DNA from: a candidate division WWE3 bacterium RAAC2_WWE3_1
Lineage (GTDB): Bacteria > Patescibacteriota > WWE3 > UBA101185 > UBA10185
DNA length: 64,000 nt
Direction: 5' to 3'
Assembly: GCA_000503835.1 (NCBI GenBank)
Contig: CP006914.1
Coordinates: 529,680-593,679, forward strand
The position numbers and the translations under genes are program-made. Below the pieces are notes generated by a model. It did not search any database and was not told the DNA's origin. It saw nothing but the letters and a program-made list of their open reading frames with translations. Shown piece by piece: positions 14,701-22,200 of this stretch. The first letter of the stretch is position 1. Each line of letters opens with the position of its first letter.

Positions 14701-16144
14701 GCTCAGACTAAACGGGGCGGATACCACACTGCTCTTCGACACAAAGACTGCCACCGATACCGACTACTGGATGGGTGTAATAGACGACGCCGGCGGCGAC
14801 GATGACGACATGTTCGCCATAGGAAAAGGTCTTTCCAACTCGTCAAATATTTACCTCTCGATAGCTTCCTCAGGATGGGTCGGCTTAGGATTGCCAGCTA
14901 CAAGTGCTCCTACAGCAACACTTGACGTAAACGGCGGAGCAAGATTTAGAGGAATCGGTTCCAGCGCTTATGTCGGAGCTGTGAATTATGCAACGGGCGG
15001 TGTATTAACTACAGCAACATCAGACGCCAGGCTCAAGACAAACGTTACAACAATAGACAATGCCCTCGACAAAGTAACAAGACTAAGAGGCGTCACATTT
15101 AACTGGCTCGACCCCAACGCACCTAAACGTATGACAGGTATGATCGCCCAGGAAGTTGCTGATGTTATGCCCGAGCTTGTGTTCCAAAACCCGAACGATG
15201 GTTACTATGGATTGTTCTACGGCGAAACAACAGGCTTATTAATTGAAGCCACAAAAGAGCTAAATACAAAACTACTTGCCTTAGAATCAGGCCTAACAAC
15301 CTACACAACAACCGCTGACGGAACCCTTAGTACAATAACTACAAGCACCGACAGCAACCTGACCAAACTTAACACCCTGGAAACTGACGTGACCGCCCTG
15401 CAAACAGAGGTCCTGTCCATAAAAGAGCTGTTAGCTCAGGCCGCTCCTCAAAGCTCACAAAGTAGCGCTACTGTAGCCACTACACCCGAAGGAATGCTAG
15501 CCGAGATGTACAAAGTCTTTGAAGACCTCAAAGCGTTCGTCGCGGCTCTCGGTCTATCAAACAATGGAAACGCCCTCGCGGTATCAACCGACCTTAACGT
15601 ACTTGGCGACACCACCTTATCTAACCTAACCGTAACCGGTGATATAAGTGCAGGATTAATGAAACTCGACACACTCAACAATGTGTTCGAGGTGGCCGGT
15701 CCTTCCTGCTACAACGAGCTTACCGGTACAACCAATACAACTCTCTGCACCGATCAAACAATGTACCTCCAGAAATCACTGGCAGGAAATGTTGACGTCC
15801 TCAACGGAGCCTTGGTTGTGGAACCCAACGGAAACGTTACCGTCAAAGGCACTTTACTGGCTCAGAAAGTGGAAACCACAGATATATCAACCGAAAACGT
15901 GACTATAAAAGCTGCTTCAAAGTCGGTCGGAAGCGGGACAATAACCTCAGGACAAACTCAAATTGTGATAGATAACACACTGATAAAGACAGGGTCGAAG
16001 GTATTCGTGACCGCCACATCCAGTACTAACGGGCAGGCTTTGATTGTTAAAGAAAAACTTGATGGGGTGTCGTTCACGGTAGCCGTCGATCGACCGGTCC
16101 CGGGAGATGTAGCCTTCGATTGGTGGATTGTAAATGTTGAATGA
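2720..16144 (+). CDS. Giant (4474 aa) surface fibre/adhesin: MerR/excisionase-like HTH, TM, GIGT and SATELNILDG repeats, YadA-head-like repeats, beta-helix, peptidase S74 chaperone, coiled coil, C-terminal beta domain
   Basis: 'VSEAANLLSVSSSTLRRFEAEGKI..RRLDNNYRVY'; TM near aa 147-162; many 'GNVGIGTTSP'-type repeats; 'TSDARLKTNV..LRGVTFNW..GMIAQEV..PELV' at ~15020. Confidence 0.85.
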   Translation: MEISAQNNKKNYSKSDSNVFRSEGYVKVSEAANLLSVSSSTLRRFEAEGKITSRRLDNNYRVYDISEVARFKKILNEEKQTRKKSYVTVNDTPVFQNKTPVKAHGFTWPKINASFPKINETYSNVSQNFEQHSTLKAAAKFFKTAKIAGVSFAAVLILIGLSENVRFTDNVIEILSFTMSRQIETGEKGYEVIGLTLGSKDKVTSYIYNINVPANFRRNVNIDETLRVTGLSSLLGGIETQDADANLGTGTLTTGRIDMTGEASLNNLLVINDVTETTLEEFIDINGDVVGTGLNDVKVVGLGGIEVGDLDTDDGNILMIEGGSWASLPTSSITSLGTITTGVWNGTPIAPGYGGTGLSSITAGSILIGGSGNTMSTLAIGSANQTLISSGSAPVWTNSDAFVSSYAWLLTGNTGTDSTTDFIGTTDNTGLTIRTNDVERVTIAADGNVGIGGTDPQFSLHVGNGSSSAAWIVGQQESGYIEGDLEVAGTIYGTFVGPITTVGYQPNAVFYSDSAGTMTTDNTLLSFNETTAVLLVNGTLNTSLFKIGGTSVTSSATELNILDGALISTTELNLLDGRIGTLVDSSNVSNYAITSVVAGSGLIGGTGPGATTLHVGVGNGISIAADSIAIDTTTTGVTAVSSSNSGLEASSDGLRLLGGCGSNQILSWDATGQVWKCASVSGIGGITGAGASTQVAFWDSASSLTGNNSLWWNNTSTRLGIGTSAPLYTLDVNGTARIGSLSAGSGNSIVLQNAGVLETRDVDSRVWGTSLVDGTSLTANYLARISDANTLITGMVYDNGSFVGIGTTQAGYLLNIGGSLNTSALFIAGSAVTSSATELNILDGVTATTSEINMLAGRTGTLVDSNNVGSYAVTAITAGSGLTGGTGPGATTINIGAGNGLIVSADSIAIDSATTGLTAVTSSNSGIEVTADGIRLLGGCSLNQVLAWDNTSQTWKCSSVSGLGGVTGTGTDNYLARWDGTSALQNSSVFAADSGNVGIGTSGPGYNLDVAGSANVSNLFIAGNLVSSSATELNILDGALVSTAEINLLDGRTGVLLDTSNVSTQLSTWDQLASDDLTTATGFSGDVSGPYNDLQIQTGVVGANELAATSVSAGTYGSTSGVSTFTVDADGRLTSAGNTTLSGAGITDNTIEEVDLEVTNAGVNGYVLTYDNATGGFTWVSSAVMGTNYWQRIGSNLVPLTVTDYVTTNGRIGAGTTSPSYTLDVNGTARIGSLSAGSGNSIVLQNAGVLETRDVDSRVWGTSLVDGTSLTANYLARISDANTLITGMVYDNGSFVGIGTTGNSGYILNVAGSANVSNLFLAGTLVSSSATELNILDGATLSTTELNLLTGRTGTLVDSNNVGSYAVTAITAGSGLTGGTGPGATTINIGAGSGISLAADSITLDTDTTGTTSVTSNNSGLEVTGSGLRLLGGCSDTQILKWNSTASVWYCSSDSTGTSGTATIAGSGLATQIAFFSGSTSISGSNNLWWDNTGGNLGIGTSGPAAKLELAGSADTEQFVIKANATQSNTNPLIQLQSSTGTALLDISTDSVENVFIGRLAGSSNTVGAGSSGMYNTFIGSGAGDNNSAGYQNSVLGAYALFGNTYGINNTSMGVYSLFSNTTGNDNVSLGFKAGQYSTTGSYNVFLGTSAGFGVNTTQRALSSYNVAIGNEAGYSLSANSSSNIFLGYRAGYNETGSNKLYIDNGSAPGGSAFIYGDMSSDLLTFNANVGIGKTSPTAWLDISAATTSKPSIRVASGTAPSSPVTGDIYNNGTSLYYYNGTAWQDLGATGTSGTAAIAGSGLATQVAFFSGSTSISGSNNLWWDSGNSRLGIGTSGPAYPLSVLSTAPDVADGRVADVDGTLTSSTNDQQGFKTSVTVTPGASTSKIYSGMQLSLSGNSNTRLTNAIFRGVEGYISYSGSSGILGTGIGGRFRVNNSSTGTITNAYDLYLATPTNTGTITNTYGLYIDSMTAGTQPNKAFGIYQAGSGDRNYFAGNVGLGTTNPASILQVAGNILPSADDTYDIGSSALRWRDVYIGPASLHIGTNQSEATIKYLVGQSSLGFDLDANGVYEFEMGADGKFGIGTTNPNFMLDIAGSASVNTLFLGGSAITATAAELNRLSGGSGNVVDTGNVGSYAVTAITAGSGLTGGTGPGATTINIGAGSGISLAADSITLDTDTTGTTSVTSNNSGLEVTGSGLRLLGGCSDTQILKWNSTASVWYCSSDSTGTSGTATIAGSGLATQVAFFSGSTSISGSNNLWWNSTDSRLGIGTSAPLTSLDVSGTTWLRGLSANSGLFVNASGSIGIGTTNPQYNLHVVGNLGLTGDFYLLGAPSSPSTTEGTMYYDTDDDRLKVYANGKWQSDRTTATVIVAASDSKNKEKADIVADGTNDETDIENAVTNYLPATGGNVVLLDGTYNIGADGIDITKSNVTLTGAGNATVVKRVADSTAVDGTITLGDGGTTAVTNVKITELQVDGQKSAYSSPNNVAIFFNQRVTQSQIEGTYIHDIYSYGIYLKGTTQSVSDNTIHNNTIINSSNPIYVDAGSTSTRAHNISITNNNISSGVAGIYINYAKYFKVSDNKFSNYQYILSVDNSEYGVISGNTTDGSTITGVNTAMVISLGASNYNTIVSNYIYGGSGMGGSAAIYVDNTSTGNYIAGNTLGNNKITDSGIGTIIQQDDRFLVNGYLKATSLYLSGTQVTSSATELNILDGATLSTTELNLLTGRTGTLVDSNNVGSYAVTAITAGSGLTGGTGPGATTINIGAGSGISLAADSITLDTDTTGTTSVTSNNSGLEVVADGLRLIGGCTDTQILKWNASTSMWYCAADSTGTAGSATIAGSGVVNQVSFFSGSTSISGSNNLWWDNSNTRLGIGTSGPLTALDVSGTTWLRGLSANSGLFVNTSGYVGIGTTNPTAPLSVGTGSAFAVSSTGAVTSGSWNGAAISVPYGGTGLTSIAAGSVLAANSVDTLSVITSTSGLKVLQNSAGTTSWATTTGTGNVVFSDSPVLTTQAMVPLIVGGSSPTSVLTLKSTSGTGTTDAIVFQVGTNGGTEAMRILNSGNIGIGTTSNAYKLFVDGSLNATSLYLSGSQVTSSATELNILDGATLSTTELNLLTGRSGTLLDSGNVGTYATTAVTAGSGLSGGGTTGALTINIGGGNGITINADDITIDATTAGTTTVKSNNSGLEVVSDGLRLLGGCANGEVLKWNSSTSVWYCAVDTTGSGTATIAGSGIAGQLTFFTGSTAVSGSNNLWWDNTGGNLGIGTSGPVAKLELAGSADTEQFVIKANATQSNTQPLIQLQSPTGTPLLSITSDNETNAFFGYRAGSANTYGSATSGGGNTFIGYLSGSSNNAGYQNTSVGGEALSRNTTGVYNSGLGYQSLYSNTTANYNTAVGFQALYSNTLGSANIGVGFGAGVYNQTGTGNLFLGHKAGYGGAARTGSDFNAAVGYEAGYSLSANSDSNIFLGYRAGYNETGSNNLYIDNTSSPADTAFIYGDMGLDRLTFNANVGIGKTSPTAWLDVAAATTAKPSIRVATGAEPSSPVTGDIYNNGTSLYYYNGTAWKDLTATGAGGGLAGSGIAGQLTFFTGSTAVSGSNNLWWDSGNSRLGIGTSAPLTSIDVSGTTWLRGLSANSGLFVNQSGYTGIGTTSPISKLQVEGPTWLRGGTGVAGAKGVYIDANSNLGIGTTNPGYLLTLNTTTDQHAIAFLEGTTNRAFFGLAASAGQFAAGSRDNDLIWRSESGSNQLWTTDGGTTAMVTLNSGGNLGIGTTAPLAWFDVKGATTSEASIRVRSGTQPSAPATGDIYNDGDQLFFYNGTAWQDLGATTAGGGGIAGSGIAGQLTFFTGSTAVSGSNNLFWDTSNSRLGIGTSAPASQLALLSTDTTNGQFRIGYDASNYTKFTTDSVGNLTLNNNGTNVVKFGATNTEFYTPTTFSAAGDVSMAYDLIFTNATSSELRSYGPLSITAGETYGSSNLTLKTYNSGDIVADLTGTGRLRLNGADTTLLFDTKTATDTDYWMGVIDDAGGDDDDMFAIGKGLSNSSNIYLSIASSGWVGLGLPATSAPTATLDVNGGARFRGIGSSAYVGAVNYATGGVLTTATSDARLKTNVTTIDNALDKVTRLRGVTFNWLDPNAPKRMTGMIAQEVADVMPELVFQNPNDGYYGLFYGETTGLLIEATKELNTKLLALESGLTTYTTTADGTLSTITTSTDSNLTKLNTLETDVTALQTEVLSIKELLAQAAPQSSQSSATVATTPEGMLAEMYKVFEDLKAFVAALGLSNNGNALAVSTDLNVLGDTTLSNLTVTGDISAGLMKLDTLNNVFEVAGPSCYNELTGTTNTTLCTDQTMYLQKSLAGNVDVLNGALVVEPNGNVTVKGTLLAQKVETTDISTENVTIKAASKSVGSGTITSGQTQIVIDNTLIKTGSKVFVTATSSTNGQALIVKEKLDGVSFTVAVDRPVPGDVAFDWWIVNVE
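4901..5139 (+). repeat. ~240-bp near-identical intragenic repeat, copy 1 (copy 2 at 6380-6618)
   Basis: Direct comparison; offset 1479 bp. Confidence 0.9.
6380..6618 (+). repeat. ~240-bp near-identical intragenic repeat, copy 2
   Basis: Matches 4901-5139 apart from a few synonymous changes. Confidence 0.9.
6699..7189 (+). repeat. Intragenic module repeated at 9115-9505 and 10824-11112, partially at ~5290-5410 and ~12000-12075
   Basis: Near-identical nucleotide copies encoding SSATELNILDG...VGSYAVTAITAGSGLTGGTGPGATTINIGAG... Confidence 0.85.
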
Positions 16145-16177
16145 AAATAGCCTGTCGGGTACACGGCGTTTTTCATG
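16140..16177 (+). terminator. Hairpin/terminator after giant gene 1
   Basis: ATGAAAA-TAGCCTGT..ACACGGC-GTTTTTCAT inverted repeat. Confidence 0.45.
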
Positions 16178-16229
16178 CTTTGTCATATAGGCCGACAAAT
16201 TTATTTAGACTACAATTGTTAAAAATAAC

Positions 16230-19200
16230 ATGAAAGAGGGATTAAATATTAAAGAAAAAATGAAGAGGGTTCGCAGGAAAATAGTCGGTTTTGGCAAATT
16301 CTCCACACCCTATAGAAAACATGATGTTACTTCTATTTTTGAGGAACGCGAGAGGTCTAAAGACACAGGTAGTAGTATAAAAGCATTTTCAAGCAAAAAA
16401 CTTCAACTCCTATACATAAAAATTATCGCCTTCTTTACGGCTCGAAAACAGAATTGGAGGAATTTCTATACTCAAGAACTGCCTTTTTCAAGAATTTTGC
16501 GTTTTCTAAAGTCGCGCTACCCCACTTACAAAAAGTATCTTGTACCCGTCTCAGTTGGAATGCTTATAGTATTGCTTCCGGTTATCTGGCTGTCTATAAA
16601 AAATCCCGACAAAGTTCGGGCAGATTGGTTTGACGACAACTGGCACTATAGAAAAAAAATTACCATCACAAATAACGGGACGGCTGACGCTGATAAAAAA
16701 ATCCTGTTCGAAACCGACACCTCTGCTCTAATCTCCGGGTCTAAAATGCAAAACACCTGCGCTGACGCCAGGTTTACCGATGTCAATGGTCAGGTATTGA
16801 GATATTACATTGATGCGGCCACCGGAGCGTGCAACACGGTATCCACTGACTTTTATGTCCTTCTACCCACTATAAACGCCGGATCCACGGTTATTTACTT
16901 CTATTACGCAAATACCTATGTAGAGGCGGTTGCTGAAACAAGTCAGTTTTCGCAGGCAACGTTTAGCCCGGCCGGAAGCTCTACAGGCAACGAGTCTGTC
17001 GGCCCCGGACCGGCTGCATACTGGAAGTTTGATGAGGCTTACGATCAGAAGGAGAATACAAAGATTGAACAGGAACTGGAGATTATGACCGTCGGCGAGT
17101 ATTCAACAAGCAGTTATACCGCTTCAATCCCAATTGATATTACCTATAGTGCCGCCCAAAATCTCACAGACTACCAGATTCCTGTTACCTTTTCATATCA
17201 ATCGGGAATGAATACGGATTTTTCGGATATTAGATTTTACAACTCTGCCGGTACAAAACTTAATTATTGGATAGAGTCAAAAACGGACAGTACTACCGCA
17301 AGTGTATGGGTTAAGGTACCGCTAATCTCCGGCAGTACAACGACTACAATCTATCTAAGATACGGAAATTCCGGCTTTACATCCGAAAGCTCACTGGCCA
17401 ACACATTCACGAGCAACTCCGTTCAATTGTTGACAAGTAGATGCCCCAGTTCCAGCACGGCATGCTATTTTTCCGACTCGCATACAGAGTTCGACACTGT
17501 AGCCAGCAGTGTTCAGAACCTCACAAGCGGTTTTGCCGTCGACGGGAGCGGCAGTGTTACTGCGGTTAACAACTCATCAAATCCTTATGGAAGTTCAGAT
17601 AACTATTTTTCCCGATACCGTTTCCTTTTTGTCGCGGATACATCAGGAACTCATGGTTTTTTGGTCAACAGCGATGACGCGAGCGAGCTAAACCTCAGAG
17701 ATGCCATGGATACCGACACTACCCATACTGTACCGGCCTATTGGTATGGAGGCCACGGTAACGCGGGAACGTGCGCAACCAGCGGCACGACCGGTACCAG
17801 ATCCATAAACTCCGGTGAATCCGTTTGGCTGGATTACAGACAGACTGAGGTCGGAAGTGGACAACTGGCACAACTGTGCATCTCTGAGCCGGCCGGAAGC
17901 TATGCAGTGGTAAATACGACAAATTTTCCGGGACAGCTTTACGCTAGGAGTGTGATCACAACCGGATCGGAGCCATCGGTATCCGTTGGTGCTCCACAAC
18001 AAGGTGGATATACGTTCATGCCCACGAATAACTCCCTTGGAATTGTCGGTTATAACCCCTCTCTTTACAGCTCGGTAAGTTCAGTAAATCTGGAAATCGT
18101 TGCCAGTACGGATAACGGAACCACTTGGACTAAATATCGGACAACGGAATCGGGTAATAATCTTTCCTCCTCCACCTACACGGTCAGAGTAAAAGCAGGG
18201 GTCGGTTCGAACACACCACAAGCCGCGTTATATGACACTACAAGTGGCACATCTTTCCTACCGCTGAATTTTGGCACTACGTCGGACACCGAGGTTTCGA
18301 TCAAGAACGCACGGCTTATTATAAGACAGGAAAGTGGCGTCGGAATAACACAAACTGAGACGAAGACGGAGATGGGGAGTTATGAGGCCGGCACAGCAGC
18401 TACATATACTCAACAAACTGACAAAAAAATATACAACTACGATTCAACTAAGTATAACCCCGCCCCTACCAATTTTTTCGAAACTACAGCTAAGGTTACA
18501 AATGACAGTGTTGGGGTAGAACAGCAAATCCCTATAACAAATACGCCTCCTCTGACTACACGTACTACTTCCTACACCCCAACAGACAGTTCACTTGGTG
18601 TCGGCTATTGGGATGCAGACAAATACCCCGGAGGTACCGTTTATCTCGAGGTTGACCACTATAACTATGATTACTCGGATCCGTATATAGCCATATATAC
18701 TGTGTCAGGAACTTATGTGACCGAGTTTCAGGTCAGCCCCGCATCTCAAGGATATATACGATATAGAAGTCCGGCTTTAACTCTAACCGACGATACTGCG
18801 TACACAGTGCGATGGAAGGCTTCAAACGCAGCCCATCCCCAGACACTCTACGCCGCCCGTTTCATAGTTGTTCAGACCGATACCACAAAGATTACCGGAA
18901 CAGAGACACAGGTTGAAATCGGGGCCAATACAACCTCAACAGCAACCTCCTATACAAACTTGACTGACAAAAAAATATGGCGATACGACTCATCCAAATA
19001 CTCTCCCGCTCCAACTACCTATTTTGAAGCGGTGCTATCAAACGACACCGCTGGTCAGACCTCTTACGTAGCTCTTTATACGGATGGGGCAGCTTGTTCC
19101 TCCCAGGTAACGGGATCCGAGATTAGCGTTACGGGGACTACCTGGTCATGGGTAAGAAGTAACAGTATTTCCCTTTCAAGCGGAACCGACTATACGGTTT

Positions 19201-22200
19201 GTATAAAAACCAGCGCAAACACCGCAAAAATGACTAACGCAAAGATAATAATGGATCAGTCAGATGCAACAAATGGTGTAAGGGATGTTGAGCTGTACCA
19301 ATCACAGGTAAATGCCATAATGACCGATGCTGACACCACCTATACAAGCTCATACAAGTTCACAGGATTCAATCCCGGTATTCACGCCAGCCAAATAACG
19401 TTTGAGGGAGGAACTTTCAACTACTTCTATGAAAGTACAATGAAGACATCGGCGGGGACAGGTTATGCGAGGCTTTATAACAGCACCGCAGGAACCGCAA
19501 TAACAAGTGGCGAGATTACGACATCCTCCACCTCATATACAAGGATTAGAAGCGGCAATATAACAGCAAGCATGCCAAGTGCAACTGGATCTTTCCTCAT
19601 AGCGCAGGATCTGGATACACAGGCCAAAAACTCGGCCACCAACACCACCTCTTTGGCAAATTCGTGGATCATAGTACAGGTGTCTAATCTTTCAAACACA
19701 TCAAATACTGTCTATGCCGATCTATACAACCTTACCGACGGTACATCCGTCACCGGATCTGAGGTTAGTACGGCCGCAGTACAGACCATCACATACCTGA
19801 GAAGTTCCCCGATAACACTTACGACGGGAAAAGAGTACGTTGTGAGAACAAAGACCAGTAGCGCAGACAGCGTACCATATTACACATATAACGCAAAGAT
19901 AATAATGGATCAGTCAGATGCAACAAATGGTGTAAGGGATGTTGAGCTGTACCAATCACAGGTAAATGCCATAATGACCGATGCTGACACCACCTATACA
20001 AGCTCATACAAGTTCACAGGATTCAATCCCGGTATTCACGCCAGCCAAATAACGTTTGAGGGAGGAACTTTCAACTACTTCTATGAAAGTACAATGAAGA
20101 CATCGGCGGGGACAGGCTATGCGAGGCTTTATAACAGCACCGCAGGAACCGCAATAACAAGTGGCGAGATTACGACATCCTCCACCTCATATACAAGGAT
20201 TAGAAGCGGCAATATAACAGCAAGCATGCCAAGTGCAACTGGATCTTTCCTCATAGCGCAGGATCTGGATACACAGGCCAAAAACTCGGCCACCAACACC
20301 ACCTCTTTGGCAAATTCGTGGATCATAGTACAGGTGTCTAATCTTTCAAACACATCAAATACTGTCTATGCCGATCTATACAACCTTACCGACGGTACAT
20401 CCGTCACCGGATCTGAGGTTAGTACGGCCGCAGTACAGACCATCACATACCTGAGAAGTTCCCCGATAACACTTACGACGGGAAAAGAGTACGTTGTGAG
20501 AACAAAGACCAGTAGCGCAGACAGCGTACCATATTACACATATAACGCAAAGATAATAATGGATCAGTCAGATGCAACAAATGGTGTAAGGGATGTTGAG
20601 ATAGTGCACGCGGCCAACGCATATAAATATACCGACAGCGATTCCACATATACCCAGATTTATAACTTCAATCTGACCCCTAACTACAACATGAAAGGGG
20701 GAAACTTCGTTTATTTCTTCGAATCAAACTTGAAAACCACCGGCGGGACAGCATACGCAAGATTGTATAACTCCTCAGCTGGCGCCACCATTACCAACTC
20801 GGAAATTACCACAAACTCCACATCGCTTGTGCGTGTGCGAAGTGCTGAGTTAAGTTCCTACTTACCTACAGCTGCTGACTCTTTAGATGTACAACTACGG
20901 AATAGTGCAACCAACACAACAACCACAACAGGATCTTCTTTAATTATTCAGGTGACCAACCTTGGGGATCCAAACACCTACATTGCTTTATATTCCAATG
21001 CTACCAGTTGTTCTAGTCAAGTACCTGGAAGTGAAATTTCCACAAAACCATCAGATGGGACAAAACGAGTGGTGTCACAGTCAATAAGTCTGTCTGACGG
21101 GGAATACATGGTTTGTACAAAGGCTTCAAGCGGCGTGACAATAACTTTGTATAACGCCAAAATCAATCACCAACAATCAAACGCACAAGGCATAACCAAC
21201 CTCAGAACTTTCAGATCACTAAACACCGACCTTGAGACCCAAGCGACCGCTACATATACCAGTAAAAACGGGCTAAACTTCTATGACCCGGCGCAGTTCA
21301 CAGGAACGGTCACGGGCTCGTTTGATGCAACAGTATTAGCGACCGCCACAACCGCCTATGCCCAGCTATACAATGTCACAACCTCGGGAGCTCTAACTGA
21401 AACCGAAGTGTCCACTACTAGCACTTCTTATGTCAGACTGCAAAAATCTATTACCACTCTTCCGGCCTCCGAGTCAACCCTCGATGTTCAGATAAAAAAC
21501 AGCAGTACTAATACAACAAAGACCACCGCGTCCTGGCTGGTACTTGATATAGAAAATATTCTGCCCGCTATCGTGCACGATTCAACATCAAATAAACTTA
21601 ACGGTCAGCTGGAAGGAACTACATGGGAATCAGAACAAAACTGCATCTCGGGATCGTGCCTGGAATTCGACGGAGTGGATGATTATGTAAAGGTGACCGA
21701 CAACCCCAGGCTGGATTTTGGGGCATCTGACAGTTTCACTATAAGTATGTGGTTCACGCTTCCCTACTCCACAACAAACAGCAGGGGCCTTATTTCAAAA
21801 TACGAATCAACGGGAGCGGATGGTGGTTACCAGATCCGAGTCGACGCAAACGGCAAGGTCGTGGTCGAAATTTCCGATGATAATACAACTTTTCCTAAAG
21901 ATTCGGTGACAAGCTCGGTTAGTTATAGAGATAGTAAGTGGCACCATGTGGCCGCCGTAAAGGACGGTGCTACCAGTTTGAAACTATATATGGACGGTGT
22001 GCTTGAGGGAACGGATAGTTCCATAGCCACTGCCGGTGCTTTATCAAACAACGATCTACTTTATATGGGAGATGCCAATGACGGCACGACCGGCAATTGG
22101 CTAGGACACATCGACGAGGCAAAAATATATCGCTATGCGAGAACGGCACAGGAAATAGAAAACGAACTTTACGGAACAAATCCGGGCGGATCAACGTCGT

